64,000 nucleotides of DNA. It comes from a virus. Lineage: Duplodnaviria > Caudoviricetes. Of the stretch, positions 47,069 to 56,606 are shown in pieces (the stretch's first letter is position 1; every line of letters begins with the position of its first letter). A program made the translations under genes and the position numbers. Under the pieces are notes generated by a model. The model searched no databases and was not told the DNA's origin. It worked only from the letters and a program-made list of their open reading frames with translations. Where the stretch lies: positions 64,001 to 128,000 of the IMG/VR virus record IMGVR_UViG_2902759955_000002. One strand, given 5' to 3'.

Positions 47069-48478
47069 ATGACGACAACCGCGATCACGCTTGCGCTGGA
47101 TAAGACTGGCACGGCTGCAGCAAATCTGATCAGTAACGAGATTCAGGCGATCGGCACACGCGAGATTCGCGCGTTCCCGGTCAACTACGGTCTTTTTTTC
47201 CGTGAATCGCTGGTAGTGACCGATGCCGCCACCGGCGCGGTGCTTACGGAAGGCACGCAGTACTACCCGACACAGATGTCATATAAGGAGTCGCTCGATT
47301 GCGGCGCCGAGATTGACTCCGTGGTGGTCATCGTTGACCAGACGGTGAGCGCCAGTGTCTCGGTGACCTATCAGGCACTGGGTGGCATCAACAATGTCTC
47401 CCAGGTCGCGCTCGATAGCGCGATCGCGTCGCTCGATCTGAATGACGGCGCAGTGACCTGGTCGGAAGTGACGAACAAGTGGTCGAAGTATCCGGTAGCA
47501 CCGCACCAGCATATTGGTGCCGATCTGTACGGGCTGGAATTCATGGTGAGTGCGCTGACGCGACTCTCCAGTTCGATCCTCATTGGGCAGGGCGCAGCAC
47601 AGGCCCAGTTGCAGGACTATGCGCAGGATGTCATCGCGGAGCTGGAGGCAGCCATCGCGGCGGCCAACGCGACGCTCACCGCGCATGAAACGAATTACGA
47701 CAATCCGCACGAGACGACCGCCGAGGAGATTGGCGCGTACACGACCGAGCAGACCACGGCGGCCATTGCCCTCGAAGCAACGAACCGCACGGCAGCCGAT
47801 AACGCGATCCAGACGACACTCACGCAGCACGAGGACAACGACGATAACCCGCATGAGGTGACGGCACCGATGCTAGGTGGCTATTCGACGACCCAGAGTG
47901 ATGCGGCGATGGCCACGATGAAGGCGGCAGTGACCGCGAGCATTGTGGCGAACGAAACGCTGATGTCTTCGCACTTCAGCAATTACGACAACCCTCACCA
48001 AACCACGACCACCTCGATCGGTACGTGGACAGCCAGTCAGATCACCAGCGCCATCACGGCGGCGGCGACGCCTGCGCAGGCATCGGTGACGTCGTACGAG
48101 ACCAACCTGAAAGCGCACGAAGCGGACTACAGCAATCCACACGACGACACGGCCGCGGACGTCGGGACGTGGACGTACGACACGATCGAATCGACGATTG
48201 TCACGCCGTACGCATCGCACGCGAACAACATGAGCAACCCCCATGACGTGACTTATACGGAATTGGGTGCGTACGCCACAGCGACGATCAACAGCTCGAT
48301 CTCGTCGGCCTACACAAACATCGTGAATCAGGTCACGGCGCTCAACAGTGAGCTAAGCGCGCATGAGACGAACTACAGCAATCCCCACCAGGACACGCTG
48401 GCCAACACCGGTGCCTCGGGGTACACCGCTGCCTATCTGCAGGCGCTGATCGTCGACACGCTCCACACCCCGACTTGA
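47069..48478 (+). CDS. tail fibre paralogue
   Basis: LDKTG...N.I..E, YQALGG, HQH; many H....NPH repeats. Confidence 0.75.
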   Translation: MTTTAITLALDKTGTAAANLISNEIQAIGTREIRAFPVNYGLFFRESLVVTDAATGAVLTEGTQYYPTQMSYKESLDCGAEIDSVVVIVDQTVSASVSVTYQALGGINNVSQVALDSAIASLDLNDGAVTWSEVTNKWSKYPVAPHQHIGADLYGLEFMVSALTRLSSSILIGQGAAQAQLQDYAQDVIAELEAAIAAANATLTAHETNYDNPHETTAEEIGAYTTEQTTAAIALEATNRTAADNAIQTTLTQHEDNDDNPHEVTAPMLGGYSTTQSDAAMATMKAAVTASIVANETLMSSHFSNYDNPHQTTTTSIGTWTASQITSAITAAATPAQASVTSYETNLKAHEADYSNPHDDTAADVGTWTYDTIESTIVTPYASHANNMSNPHDVTYTELGAYATATINSSISSAYTNIVNQVTALNSELSAHETNYSNPHQDTLANTGASGYTAAYLQALIVDTLHTPT

Positions 48479-48499
48479 TCGCGATATGAGAGAGATGAG

Positions 48500-49906
48500 A
48501 TGACTCGCAACATTTATCGATATCCGCTGGATGTCACCGGCACGGCGCAGAGCAACTACGTGACGGGCGAGGAGCACGCCATTGGCGTTGCACCGAATCG
48601 AGCGATTGCGCCGACCTACGGCGCGTTCTTCGATGAGAGCGTACAGATCGTTGATCTCAACACGCTCGCCACACTCAATCGCAATCAGTTCCAGTTTCAG
48701 AATCTGCACACGGAAGCCACGTCGCTGACCGGGATGGCCGTCTGGGCGATTGTGGTCATCATCGATCCGAACGTGAGCCCGAACGTCAGCTTGACGTACC
48801 AGGCATTGGGCGGTGAGCACGGCATGCCATTGGCGGCCATTGCTAACCAGATCCAGACGCTTTCAACCGATGCGCGAACAGTTGCGTTTAGCAACATCAC
48901 CGACAAACCCAGTACGTACACGCCGGTGCTGCACATGCACGCGATCGGTGACACGTACGACTGGGATTACGTCGTGACGGCGCTGGAGATGTGTCTGAAT
49001 GCCGTGCAGTTGGCCGAGGCTTCGACCTACGACACGACGCTCGCCTACATCGATGCGCAAGTGGCGATGCGCAATGCCGACATCGCGACGTTTCTGCAGC
49101 AGTTGAATACGCACATTGCGAATTACAACAATCCGCACCAGACGACGCTAGCGCAGGTCGATGTGTTTGCGACGACCACGGTGCAAAGCCTGATCGCACA
49201 AGAGGCAGCGAGCCGACTGGCAGAAGACACGACGCTCACCAATGAGATCGTGGCCCATGCGACGGACTACAGCAATCCGCACAAGGACACCGCCGCAAAC
49301 ATCGGGGGTTACACGTCGGAAGAAGCCGATGCGAATCTCACAGCGATTTCCACTGCGCTCAATACCACGCTGACAGCAGACGCGGCAACGATGGCGGCAC
49401 ACGTCGCCAACGATGACAACCCGCACCAGGTGACAGCAGACCAGATTGACGGGATGAGCACGGCCGAGATTAACGCGGCAATCAGTGCAGCGATCACGCC
49501 GATCGCGACACAGCTCTCGACCGATGAGGCGTCCATGAACGCACACATCGCGAACACGGAAAACCCACACGAGTTGACCCTTGCTCAGATTGGTGCGTGG
49601 GACAGCGCTGACATTGCCACGGTCCAGAGCGAGATCAACGCGCACATCGCCAATACGAGTAACCCGCACCAGGACACCGCGGCGCTCGTGGGAACGCTGA
49701 CGTCGACGCAGATCACAACGGCGATCGCCAACAACTATGTCACACCCGCTGAGAGCTCGTATCTGACGCCTCAGACAAGCAGCTTCAACGCACACGCTGC
49801 CAACACGAACAATCCGCACGGTGTCACACCCGCGCAATTGGGAGGCTGGACGTACGCGCAATGGCAGGCGGCGGTGGCGGCGCAAGTCGCGGCGCTGTCG
49901 TGGTAG
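48500..49906 (+). CDS. tail fibre paralogue
   Basis: YPLDVTG, YQALGG, HMH; NPH repeats. Confidence 0.75.
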   Translation: MTRNIYRYPLDVTGTAQSNYVTGEEHAIGVAPNRAIAPTYGAFFDESVQIVDLNTLATLNRNQFQFQNLHTEATSLTGMAVWAIVVIIDPNVSPNVSLTYQALGGEHGMPLAAIANQIQTLSTDARTVAFSNITDKPSTYTPVLHMHAIGDTYDWDYVVTALEMCLNAVQLAEASTYDTTLAYIDAQVAMRNADIATFLQQLNTHIANYNNPHQTTLAQVDVFATTTVQSLIAQEAASRLAEDTTLTNEIVAHATDYSNPHKDTAANIGGYTSEEADANLTAISTALNTTLTADAATMAAHVANDDNPHQVTADQIDGMSTAEINAAISAAITPIATQLSTDEASMNAHIANTENPHELTLAQIGAWDSADIATVQSEINAHIANTSNPHQDTAALVGTLTSTQITTAIANNYVTPAESSYLTPQTSSFNAHAANTNNPHGVTPAQLGGWTYAQWQAAVAAQVAALSW

Positions 49907-49944
49907 TGGACACGCCGCTCTAGGCGCTAACGGGATTTTTAACC

Positions 49945-51957
49945 ATGTCAGACATTTTGACTTTGCCGCTCGATGCAACGGGCGCGGCACCGACAAATCT
50001 GATCACGAACGAGAGTCAGAGCATCGGGACCGATCCGGTGCGGGCATTTGCACCGGACTACGGCGCCTATTACACGTCCAGTCTAAAGATCACGGACGGA
50101 CTGACGGGTGCCGCGCTCACAGCGGATCAGTTCTTTCTGGCGGCGAGGATGGATCTCCCGACCACGAAGTACGGTGCGCCGCTCGGCACGAAAGTCGCCA
50201 CCTTGGTGGTCATCACTGACGCCACCGTATCTGACACAGTGCTCGTAGAGTATCAGGCCCTTGGAGGCGGGTACGCCACGCCGCAAACAGCGCTCGCGAA
50301 CGAGGTGGCCACCTACGAGCCCGCCACGCGGAGCACGGCGTGGCCGTCGGTGATCGATAAAGAGATTGACGCGCCGTCATCGGAAGACCTGCATGACGAG
50401 GGTCAGGAGGGGTTGATCACGTTTGAATACGTGGTCCACGCGATCGACCGGATTTCACAACTCGTGCTGATGGGCGATCCGGTGTCCCAAGGCAATGTGC
50501 AGACCTACGCCAACGATGCGGAGAATGCATCGGACGCGACGCTGGATGCGGGCATTGCAACGATGGATGCGCACATCGCGAATACCGACAATCCCCACGA
50601 GCTCACGCCCGCGCAACTGAGCGCGTGGACGAAGGCCCAGCAGGATGCCGCGATCCTCGTGGAGACGAACAATCGGGAGAGTGCGGACACGACCGTGACC
50701 GCGCAGCTGACCAGCCACACGACCAATTACAACAATCCCCACCAGACAACCCTTGTGCAGGTTGGGATGTATTCGGTTGCGCAGGCAAACGCGCAGATCT
50801 CCACCGCGCTGACGGCTTTGAACGCGACGGTGAGCAGCAACGCGACGGCGATCAATGCCCACATCAACAATCTCGACAATCCCCACAAAGACACAGTGGC
50901 GGACGTAGGGACACTGGCGGTGGCGGACATCCAGGCGGCAATCGCGGCCGCAGCTTCACCTGTGAATCAAAGCGTGGCGAGCGCAGCCAGCACGCTGGCA
51001 AGTCACGTTGCAAACGTGAGCAACCCCCACCAGGTGACGCCCGCGCAACTGGGGACGTGGACGGCGGCAGCGCTGCAGACGCTCACGAATACGCTCACGG
51101 CACACGTGGCCAATACCAGCAACCCGCACGAAACAACCCTTGCTGATATTGAGGCGATGAGTGAAGCGCAGTTCACGGCAGCGCTGGCTGCAGCGAACAC
51201 CACCACGGCGGCACTCTACAACAGTAATGCAGCGGCCATTTCGGCACATATCGGGAACTACAATAATCCACACGACACGTCAGCAGAGACGATCGGTTGT
51301 GTAGGGTCGTGGTCCCCGCTGAGCACTGACTTGGCTAATGCACAGGCGCAGATCAACGCGTCTGGCTACCAGATCGTCGAGTGCGGTACGCAGTATTACG
51401 ACATCAACTACTCGGGCTCGAACGCCACCAACTTCGGTACGTCGCTCTACATTGGCCAGGCTGTGGGCGTGTTTGCCCAGTCGGGTGGTGATAACGATGT
51501 AGTGGGGACCTGGACGAACCAGCCTTGCCCGGGTGGCGGGACCATCGCGGGACTGTATCGCTACGGTCCTTACCTCAGCATGTACGTGTATGAAGGTTCG
51601 CTGCATGGCGTGATCTTCCAGTCTTCATTGGGCGATTACGTGGAGTTCAGCAACGGGAGCTCGTACACCTTCATCTCGGGCTGGACCGTCTACTGCGTGC
51701 AGACCCAGGTGAGTCAGCTCAGTGCCTGTACGAGCTACGCCTGGCGGCTCATCGGTTCGCCCACAGAAGCACAACCGCCGTACGGTTACATCAACGGTGC
51801 GGCGCCTCCTCCACCCCCGGCCACAGATGGTGGTGGTGGCGATGGCGGTGGTGACACCGGTGACACTGGCGACACTGGTGACGATGGCGATGATGGTGAC
51901 GATGGTGACGGCGATGGTGACGGCGATGGTGATGGCGATGGTGGTGATGGCGGTTAA
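49945..51957 (+). CDS. tail fibre paralogue with distinct C-terminal domain and Gly-Asp tail
   Basis: LPLDATG, YQALGG; NPH repeats; Cys/aromatic-rich C-terminal domain. Confidence 0.75.
   Translation: MSDILTLPLDATGAAPTNLITNESQSIGTDPVRAFAPDYGAYYTSSLKITDGLTGAALTADQFFLAARMDLPTTKYGAPLGTKVATLVVITDATVSDTVLVEYQALGGGYATPQTALANEVATYEPATRSTAWPSVIDKEIDAPSSEDLHDEGQEGLITFEYVVHAIDRISQLVLMGDPVSQGNVQTYANDAENASDATLDAGIATMDAHIANTDNPHELTPAQLSAWTKAQQDAAILVETNNRESADTTVTAQLTSHTTNYNNPHQTTLVQVGMYSVAQANAQISTALTALNATVSSNATAINAHINNLDNPHKDTVADVGTLAVADIQAAIAAAASPVNQSVASAASTLASHVANVSNPHQVTPAQLGTWTAAALQTLTNTLTAHVANTSNPHETTLADIEAMSEAQFTAALAAANTTTAALYNSNAAAISAHIGNYNNPHDTSAETIGCVGSWSPLSTDLANAQAQINASGYQIVECGTQYYDINYSGSNATNFGTSLYIGQAVGVFAQSGGDNDVVGTWTNQPCPGGGTIAGLYRYGPYLSMYVYEGSLHGVIFQSSLGDYVEFSNGSSYTFISGWTVYCVQTQVSQLSACTSYAWRLIGSPTEAQPPYGYINGAAPPPPPATDGGGGDGGGDTGDTGDTGDDGDDGDDGDGDGDGDGDGDGGDGG
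51826..51954 (+). repeat. low-complexity coding repeat (GDT/GDD/GD)n
   Basis: Tandem GGTGACACC, GATGGTGAC and GGCGAT units at the 3' end of the fibre gene. Confidence 0.85.
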
Positions 51958-51995
51958 AGCGTCCTGCCTGCGTATCTGAACCAGCGCATTCATGC

Positions 51996-52032
51996 GGCCC
52001 GTGCGGGAGCAATCCTGCACGGGCTGTATGCC
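51996..52032 (+). terminator. hairpin + TATGCC element
   Basis: GCCCGTGCGGGA/TCCTGCACGGGC followed by TGTATGCC. Confidence 0.55.
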
Positions 52033-52092
52033 CCCTTTTTCTTATGAGGCAGACCACCATAACCCGACCCGAAAGTCGAAGGACCACCCGCT

Positions 52093-52611
52093 ATGCCGGC
52101 CCCATGCACCCCGCTCAACAAGTCCGCGCAAGATCTGCTGCGCGATCGAATTTTCCACTCCAATGGCTTCCTTGTGCCAAAAACCGGGATGCTGTACGGG
52201 GTGCCCAAGGCCGTGACGCCACTCCCTGCGGATGTCTACGAGCGCGATACGGTGATCCGTGTCAGCGTGGATCCGACGGTGCCGTTCCAGCGGTATCGGG
52301 GCGAGAAATGCTTCCTCTATAAGCGTACCGATCTCTCAACCCTGACTGCAGTCTCCAGCACACCCACACCGATTGCGGTGGCCAGTTATCCCACCACCAC
52401 GTATGCCTTGCTGGTGCAGATCAATGCGTACTACGGTCTGCAGCTGACCGAGGATGATGTACAGGACATCACGTACGCGTCGTCTCTCTCACCGATCATG
52501 GCAGCAACCACAACGTCCCTGAACTATACGGGCAACCTCACCCTGAACCTGACAGGCACGTCGAGCGTGAGCAGTGACGGTGTTTCCGCCTCCGATGGGG
52601 TGACGGCATAG
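52093..52611 (+). CDS. putative virion structural protein
   Basis: Y.R.DL...LL.QIN.YYGLQLTEDDV...SL.Y.G pattern common in jumbo-phage tail accessory proteins. Confidence 0.6.
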   Translation: MPAPCTPLNKSAQDLLRDRIFHSNGFLVPKTGMLYGVPKAVTPLPADVYERDTVIRVSVDPTVPFQRYRGEKCFLYKRTDLSTLTAVSSTPTPIAVASYPTTTYALLVQINAYYGLQLTEDDVQDITYASSLSPIMAATTTSLNYTGNLTLNLTGTSSVSSDGVSASDGVTA

Positions 52612-52652
52612 AAGCCAGAGAGACCGACCGGGTCTCTCTGGCCTTATGTCCG
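52604..52652. terminator. bidirectional CATA-hairpin-TATG element
   Basis: CGGCATA..GCCAGAGAGACC/GGTCTCTCTGGC..TATGTCCG. Confidence 0.7.
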
Positions 52653-53621
52653 TTACTTGGTAATGGTCGTGCTCACAATGCCTGCGTGTGTGAACTGCGA
52701 CCCGGTGCTCGCGGCCGTGGTTCCTTTGCCCGCAGGATTGGGGACCTGGTAATGCTGACCCGCGACTTCCATGGGAACGCTCGCCGGTGCACCCAGCTGC
52801 GCTTTTGCGTGCGCCTCCGCATGGGTCAGATAACCAAGCCCTTCAGGCATGTAGACCGAACGGGCACCCATCGCTTGCGTTTGCGCGGTCGCAAGGGGGT
52901 AGGGGTCGGTTACTCCCGCCGGGCGGGCACCCGATGCCACCACGCCGGTTGGCGCAACCGCGGAGTAGAGGTTACGCGTGAGGAACATGGTGTCGTAGAG
53001 CGAGCGCACCAAGGTTTCCTCTTCTTCATTGCGCGCGCCGGTCTGCGTGACAATCCACTGCAGTGCTTCGAAGGGGAATGGCGGGAACTCGATTTCACTG
53101 GAACGCAGGGGCGAGACGAACTGCTTTACTTCCAGATCGATCTTGACCCACGGGTGATAGCTGCCATCCGGCTTCAGGAAGAAGTCACATTCCCAGACCA
53201 GCCCCTTCCCCATGCCGGTCGGAACATCCTTGTCGGCGATCGGATAGCTGTAACGGTCCTTGATCATGCCGCGGTCCGACAGCACGCGAAACAGGTCGAA
53301 GTTCGCCTCGGTCGCAGCGATCGGACACTCGTCGTTCGCACCATCCGGGTGGCGGACCTTGGTGGTCATGACGTAATCGGGCTTACCCGCCTTCTTGCCT
53401 CGCAACTCCACCGTCTTACGGATACGGATACCGCCCTGACCACCATTCTGCTCGGACTTCGGGATTTTCAACTCCCACTGCTCCTGATGCTCCACTACGG
53501 CGTTATAGCCCGGCGGCACATCGACCGGCTCGGCGAGCCGTGCATAGAGGACGTATTCCTTCTCGTCGAACTTCTTGCCATGCGCCGCTTCTTCCAGCGC
53601 CAGTTTGAGCAGTGACTGCAT
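52653..53621 (-). CDS. CYTH-like (triphosphate tunnel) protein with N-terminal ALE site
   Basis: EKE N-motif, IRIRK, MTTK, KDRY, WECDFF, IDLEV. Confidence 0.65.
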   Translation of the reverse strand: MQSLLKLALEEAAHGKKFDEKEYVLYARLAEPVDVPPGYNAVVEHQEQWELKIPKSEQNGGQGGIRIRKTVELRGKKAGKPDYVMTTKVRHPDGANDECPIAATEANFDLFRVLSDRGMIKDRYSYPIADKDVPTGMGKGLVWECDFFLKPDGSYHPWVKIDLEVKQFVSPLRSSEIEFPPFPFEALQWIVTQTGARNEEEETLVRSLYDTMFLTRNLYSAVAPTGVVASGARPAGVTDPYPLATAQTQAMGARSVYMPEGLGYLTHAEAHAKAQLGAPASVPMEVAGQHYQVPNPAGKGTTAASTGSQFTHAGIVSTTITK

Positions 53622-53633
53622 TGCCGCTTCCTT

Positions 53634-54131
53634 TTATCCCGTTTTCAGATCGAGCCAGAGTTCGACGATCTGTTTAGCTGTGTCGAGCATGCCGCTCAGT
53701 GCTTGTCCCGAAGAGAGCACCCCCATGTGAACCGCCGTGGCCAAGACCAGGCCGATCATCACGGCAAAGAGGAAGAAGACGAACGCACCACCTAACCAGT
53801 AGATCTGGCGTTGCAGCGACTTCGTCTTTTCCTTGAGGACCTTCGGGTCGTACTCGTTCGGGGTGGTCAGATCCTTGGTCGCCTTGCTGTACCGCGCAAG
53901 GATGGCGACCTGTTGTTCAGGGTCGAGTGACTTGATGGCGTCCTTCAGGTCACGACCAGTGGAACGCGCATCGAGGTTACGCAGATCCAGGCGCGGGACC
54001 GACAGCGCACGGTACGCCAGCACCACCTCGGTAAGCGGGGAAGGGCCGGCGATCTGCCGATCGAGGAGCGACTCGTCGTCGATCCCGCAGAGAATACTGT
54101 CGACCAGGTTGCTGGTTTCTTCGTCCATCAT
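53634..54131 (-). CDS. membrane protein (possible holin or lysis accessory)
   Basis: C-terminal TM IYWLGGAFVFFLFAVMIGLVLATAV; ATGA-coupled to the o-spanin gene. Confidence 0.55.
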   Translation of the reverse strand: MMDEETSNLVDSILCGIDDESLLDRQIAGPSPLTEVVLAYRALSVPRLDLRNLDARSTGRDLKDAIKSLDPEQQVAILARYSKATKDLTTPNEYDPKVLKEKTKSLQRQIYWLGGAFVFFLFAVMIGLVLATAVHMGVLSSGQALSGMLDTAKQIVELWLDLKTG

Positions 54132-54514
54132 GAGCTTGTCTTCGTCCCCGGGGCGCTGGCTGCAGCGGGTGCGACAGCGGTGGCCGGTTGGTTTGCGGCG
54201 TTCGCTTTATCGACAATGGCTTTCTGTTGCGTCCACCAGCTACGCAGTTGCGCCTTGTCGATGTTGCAATTGCCGACGTTGACCGTCTGGGCCGAGTACG
54301 AGTGGTTCCAGGCGTCTTCCTTGCCTTCGGCCGTCATCGTGGTGTACGCCGTCTTGTCGGGTGGGGGTGCGACCGGACACGGGGTCGTCAGGGTCGACGG
54401 CAAATCCGGCATCCAGTTGTTGTATTTGGTCTGCAGCGTGGGCAGGCTCGCCGGACATGCCGTGAGCGAGAGTAAGGCGGCGATGCAAAGCGCTAAGCGC
54501 AAGATGTGCTTCAT
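54128..54514 (-). CDS. o-spanin-like lipoprotein
   Basis: Lipobox LTAC, LTTPCPVAPPP, CNID..QLR.W. Confidence 0.75.
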   Translation of the reverse strand: MKHILRLALCIAALLSLTACPASLPTLQTKYNNWMPDLPSTLTTPCPVAPPPDKTAYTTMTAEGKEDAWNHSYSAQTVNVGNCNIDKAQLRSWWTQQKAIVDKANAANQPATAVAPAAASAPGTKTSS

Positions 54515-54553
54515 GGTGTTCCTCGTAAGGTTTTGTGTGGGTCCGGAAATGGG

Positions 54554-55093
54554 CTAGGGTGCCGCGCTCGTAGTGGACGTTGGTGGGCTGGTACTCATCG
54601 CAGGGGTGCTGGCAGGCGTCGTGCTCGCCGCGGTGCAGCCCGCTGTGCCCGCTGGCGTGTTGTTGCAATAGGTTTGCCATGCGGCGTCGATTTGTATCGT
54701 GCTAATCGCAGTTTCTTCAGCCTGCTGATCCTGCGTAGAGAGGACCTGTGTGGTTCCCTGCGGCTGGTAGTGTTTCTTCACCGCGATGATCTGTGTCTGG
54801 GTGCTCGCGTTCACCGCGACTTGCGTCGTATTCGCTGTCGCTTTCTGTGTGGTGTCGGCTGCAGCCACCTGGTCATTCACCTTGCCCGACTGCTGTAGCG
54901 TCTTGATCTGTGCAGTCAGGTTTTTGTTCGAGTTCGTGAGGTCGGTGATCTGCTGTGTGGCCTTCCCGGCCTGAGAGATCAGAGACTTGACTTGATGGGC
55001 TTCGTAAAGGCCGTACCCACCCAGGCCAAGAATGGCCGCGACGACAAGCGTCCCGATGATGAGGGTGGCATATTCCTTGATCGTGTCTAACAT
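54554..55093 (-). CDS. i-spanin-like protein
   Basis: N-terminal TM, coiled coil, C-terminal AWQTYC...C; directly upstream of the lipoprotein gene. Confidence 0.7.
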   Translation of the reverse strand: MLDTIKEYATLIIGTLVVAAILGLGGYGLYEAHQVKSLISQAGKATQQITDLTNSNKNLTAQIKTLQQSGKVNDQVAAADTTQKATANTTQVAVNASTQTQIIAVKKHYQPQGTTQVLSTQDQQAEETAISTIQIDAAWQTYCNNTPAGTAGCTAASTTPASTPAMSTSPPTSTTSAAP

Positions 55094-55665
55094 GCTTGTT
55101 CCTTGAATTGTTTCCAGACGGTGAGCGCGACGGCCAAAGCGTCGATCGAGTGCTCGTCCAGGTTGTCGAGGGGGATATCCCCGCTGTAACGCAAATCCGG
55201 CAAGAGCATCAGCTTTGCCTTGACGCCGTCCTTATCAGCATTGCCTGCTGCACCGACGGCGTTCTTCACCGTGGGTGGATCGAATACGTACAGCTTCTTC
55301 CACGCGTCATAACGCATCACTGCATTGCGGATACCGCACATCACCTCTGTGAGTGCAAGTCCGGCCTGCGGGAAACGTTTATTGATGAAGGGGGCTTCTG
55401 ACCCGATGAGGAAGGGCTGTGTGAAGAGGAACGTGCCGAGCAGTTCTTCCTCGAGTGCGGCAATGCGATTGAGTCGATCACCAAACATCGTGCTGGTCCA
55501 GGACTCCCGGTAGTACCGGTCACCCTGCAAGGTGCGAGCATCGCTAGAGACGATCTGAAAATTCGAGAGATCGACCCAGATCGTGCCCACACCCAAGGTG
55601 TTACTACCTGGATCGATGCCGATGATCGCTGCGATGGACGACGCCCCGTGGGGCATCGCTATCAT
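55087..55665 (-). CDS. ruvC: RuvC-like Holliday junction resolvase
   Basis: IGIDPGS, SEAPF, P.TVK.AV..AG.ADK, HSIDALAV. Confidence 0.85.
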   Translation of the reverse strand: MIAMPHGASSIAAIIGIDPGSNTLGVGTIWVDLSNFQIVSSDARTLQGDRYYRESWTSTMFGDRLNRIAALEEELLGTFLFTQPFLIGSEAPFINKRFPQAGLALTEVMCGIRNAVMRYDAWKKLYVFDPPTVKNAVGAAGNADKDGVKAKLMLLPDLRYSGDIPLDNLDEHSIDALAVALTVWKQFKEQAC

Positions 55666-55667
55666 GG

Positions 55668-56516
55668 TCAGCTCGTCGAAGTCAGGTTGTACAGCGGTTC
55701 GGTCGAGCCGGTATTCAGGTCGATCGTCACGCCGTTGTTCAGATATTTCATCGGATAGAACGCATCGATGAAGGAGCAGATCTGCGCACAGATCACTTCG
55801 GTCATGTTGTACGAGCCCGACGAGCCAGTGACGGTCGTGACCTGATCGACACCCGAGACCAGACCGATCTCGGAGATGATGGCAAGTCGTGCGTCGCCAT
55901 AGATGATCGTCGCGCAGTTGACCAGCTCCGTCGCATCCTGCGCACTGAACGTCAGCCCCACGACCGACGCGGTCGAGATGTAGTCGCCCGAAACGACGTT
56001 GACGGAGTCACTCGAGACAGCCGGTGGCGTCGGATTCAGGTTCGAGGTGGTCGCCGCGTACGGCGTCGTGGTGGTCACGCCCGCCGACACGGTATTCATC
56101 GTGATTTCGGCTTCGACGTCGGTGAAGTCCATACGCCGCAGGTAATAGCAGGCGTACTGGATGCCGCCGTACGTCTCCACCTGACGCAAAGCATATTGAG
56201 CCTGTTGCGTCGTGGTCAGATCGCTTGTGACCGGACGCATGATGAAGGGCAAATGCTTGAAGAGCGTCGAATCCGTTGCTTCGTGCTGCAGCTCATCCGG
56301 CGCCGGAATGTTGTCCGCGCCGACTGCCAGACCATGCGCGCCATTGCCGATGCAGTAGTAGCGCTGTGCCGGATAGATACCGGCCGCTGGCGCGACCCCC
56401 GAAAGCACATCGAACTTCTCGTTGAGCGTCGTGTCCGTCATCATCGTGAACGGCAGCTGCTGCAACAAGCAGGTCTGCAGATACGCGCCCCAGGCGGTCC
56501 GAGTAGTGGTTTCCAT
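55668..56516 (-). CDS. virion structural protein (gp127-like)
   Basis: YYCIGNGAH, LPF..RP...DL, YYLRR, ISEIGLVSG. Confidence 0.7.
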   Translation of the reverse strand: METTTRTAWGAYLQTCLLQQLPFTMMTDTTLNEKFDVLSGVAPAAGIYPAQRYYCIGNGAHGLAVGADNIPAPDELQHEATDSTLFKHLPFIMRPVTSDLTTTQQAQYALRQVETYGGIQYACYYLRRMDFTDVEAEITMNTVSAGVTTTTPYAATTSNLNPTPPAVSSDSVNVVSGDYISTASVVGLTFSAQDATELVNCATIIYGDARLAIISEIGLVSGVDQVTTVTGSSGSYNMTEVICAQICSFIDAFYPMKYLNNGVTIDLNTGSTEPLYNLTSTS

Positions 56517-56606
56517 CTTGTATTCCAGTACGAGAGAAGTGTTGAGACGCGCGTCACCCTCATGGATGGGCATCCCATGACACAGGATTTAGAAGCGAAG
56601 GTTTTC

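Noticed and set aside
45230-51280. Regularly spaced AA(C/T)CC(G/C)CAC repeats as a CRISPR array or DGR
   Set aside because: They are in-frame NPH coding repeats with synonymous variation; there are no cas or reverse transcriptase genes and no adenine-specific TR/VR pair was seen
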